The notes under the pieces are model-generated. The model did not search any database. It saw nothing but the letters and a program-made list of their open reading frames with translations, and was not told the DNA's origin. Below, piece by piece: positions 27,801 through 28,603 of a DNA stretch of 28,603 nucleotides (the stretch's first letter is position 1; every line of letters begins with the position of its first letter). This stretch comes from Armatimonadota bacterium (lineage in GTDB: Bacteria > Sysuimicrobiota > Sysuimicrobiia > Sysuimicrobiales > Humicultoraceae). The stretch spans positions 1 to 28,603 of the forward strand of contig JBBIJB010000027.1 in the NCBI GenBank assembly GCA_037446215.1, written 5' to 3'. Position numbers and translations under genes: made by a program.

Positions 27801-28603
27801 CTATCCCTCCAGGCGCTCCCAGGCCCAACAGAACCCGGCCAGCGCATCCGCCCCCGAGGTCTCTCCGACGCGGAGCAGCCGGCGGGCGGCTCTCCTCAGG
27901 TCGTCCCGCTCCCCTCCCAGGCTCCGCACAAGCCGGTGCCACGGCAGGGAGGCATCGCCCGCACACGCCGCCTCCAGATAGGCCGCGCTTATCCGACTGG
28001 TTCTGGACAGGGCGGCGTCTATGAGGACCTTGCGCGCAAGCGCCCCTTCCGTCTCCGGAGCGCGGTGCAGAGTGGTGAGCGCGTTCGCGATCCCCACAAG
28101 CAGGTCATCCCCCGACGGGGTCAGTCCTGGGCCCAGCCCGGCGATCCTGGCAGAGACCGCCTCCCTGGCTTCGCAGGCCGCCGCCTCGCAGAGCGGATCC
28201 GCGAGCAGCCGAGCCATCGAGTTGAGCCCGTCCCGAAGCGACTCGCTCAAGGCCGCGGCCACCTGTCCGGCACGGCTTTCCCGGGAGCCCAACACCGCAG
28301 CCGCGACGCTCTCCCTCGGCGCCCGTGAGAGGAGTTCGGCCACTACGGCCTCCCGCGAACCTGCGGGGGCCCGCTCTGCCCGCGGCAGGCGCGCGTCCCA
28401 GACCTCGGCACCCCCGAGGTCGATCCTCGTCCCATCTATGCTCAGCAGCGCTCCGCCGACCGCGGCAGGCATGCCCGGCGCGATGCCCGCGATCCGTGTC
28501 CCGCGCTCCAGGGAGATCGAGATCGGGCCCCGCTCCAGATCATGGGACGCCAGCGCCACTAGCCTGCCGCCCAGATCGAGGTATGCGCTGCGCTCGAATA
28601 CCG
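27801..28603 (-). CDS. ylbF: DUF2877 YlbF / AllH-like protein, 5' end outside the window
   Basis: GLGPGLTPSGDDLLVG, RTSRIS and VGETSGADALAG. The frame stays open to the window edge (VFERSAYLDLGGRLVAL...). Confidence 0.88.
   Translation of the reverse strand, partial: VFERSAYLDLGGRLVALASHDLERGPISISLERGTRIAGIAPGMPAAVGGALLSIDGTRIDLGGAEVWDARLPRAERAPAGSREAVVAELLSRAPRESVAAAVLGSRESRAGQVAAALSESLRDGLNSMARLLADPLCEAAACEAREAVSARIAGLGPGLTPSGDDLLVGIANALTTLHRAPETEGALARKVLIDAALSRTSRISAAYLEAACAGDASLPWHRLVRSLGGERDDLRRAARRLLRVGETSGADALAGFCWAWERLEG

Overview
High-GC bacterial chromosomal window (about 69% GC by eye). TolC and exported proteins imply a diderm envelope, and sigma-H-like promoters are also present. 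I found no mobile element, CRISPR array, tRNA or rRNA. Left to right: (1) a minus-strand Dpp/Opp-type ABC operon (SBP, two permeases, no ATPase in view) followed by a creatininase-family protein with an altered metal site and a nitrilase-family amidase cut by the window edge; (2) a CHRD protein, an SDR, a secreted hypothetical and two small gene remnants; (3) an acetate-CoA-ligase-like gene divergent from an orphan CoxS-type 2Fe-2S subunit; (4) a MacAB-TolC operon containing a Gly/Pro-rich LTxxQ protein; (5) an S41 protease abutting fdrA(allF)-ylbE(allG)-rid; (6) a cytosine deaminase pseudogene broken by several deletions; (7) cyclase, class III CoA-transferase and fused AccD-AccA genes; (8) an NCS2 nucleobase permease; (9) a convergent ylbF(allH, DUF2877)-EamA pair. 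The best candidate for an undescribed system is the 17-28.6 kb cluster. It combines AllFGH-type ureide carbamoyltransferase genes with a cyclase, CoA-transferase, fused carboxyltransferase and uracil-type permease, suggesting a non-canonical pyrimidine/ureide catabolic route. A recurrent AGG-N19-GAAY promoter motif precedes four catabolic or uptake units. All functional calls come from motif recognition by eye; no database searches were run.
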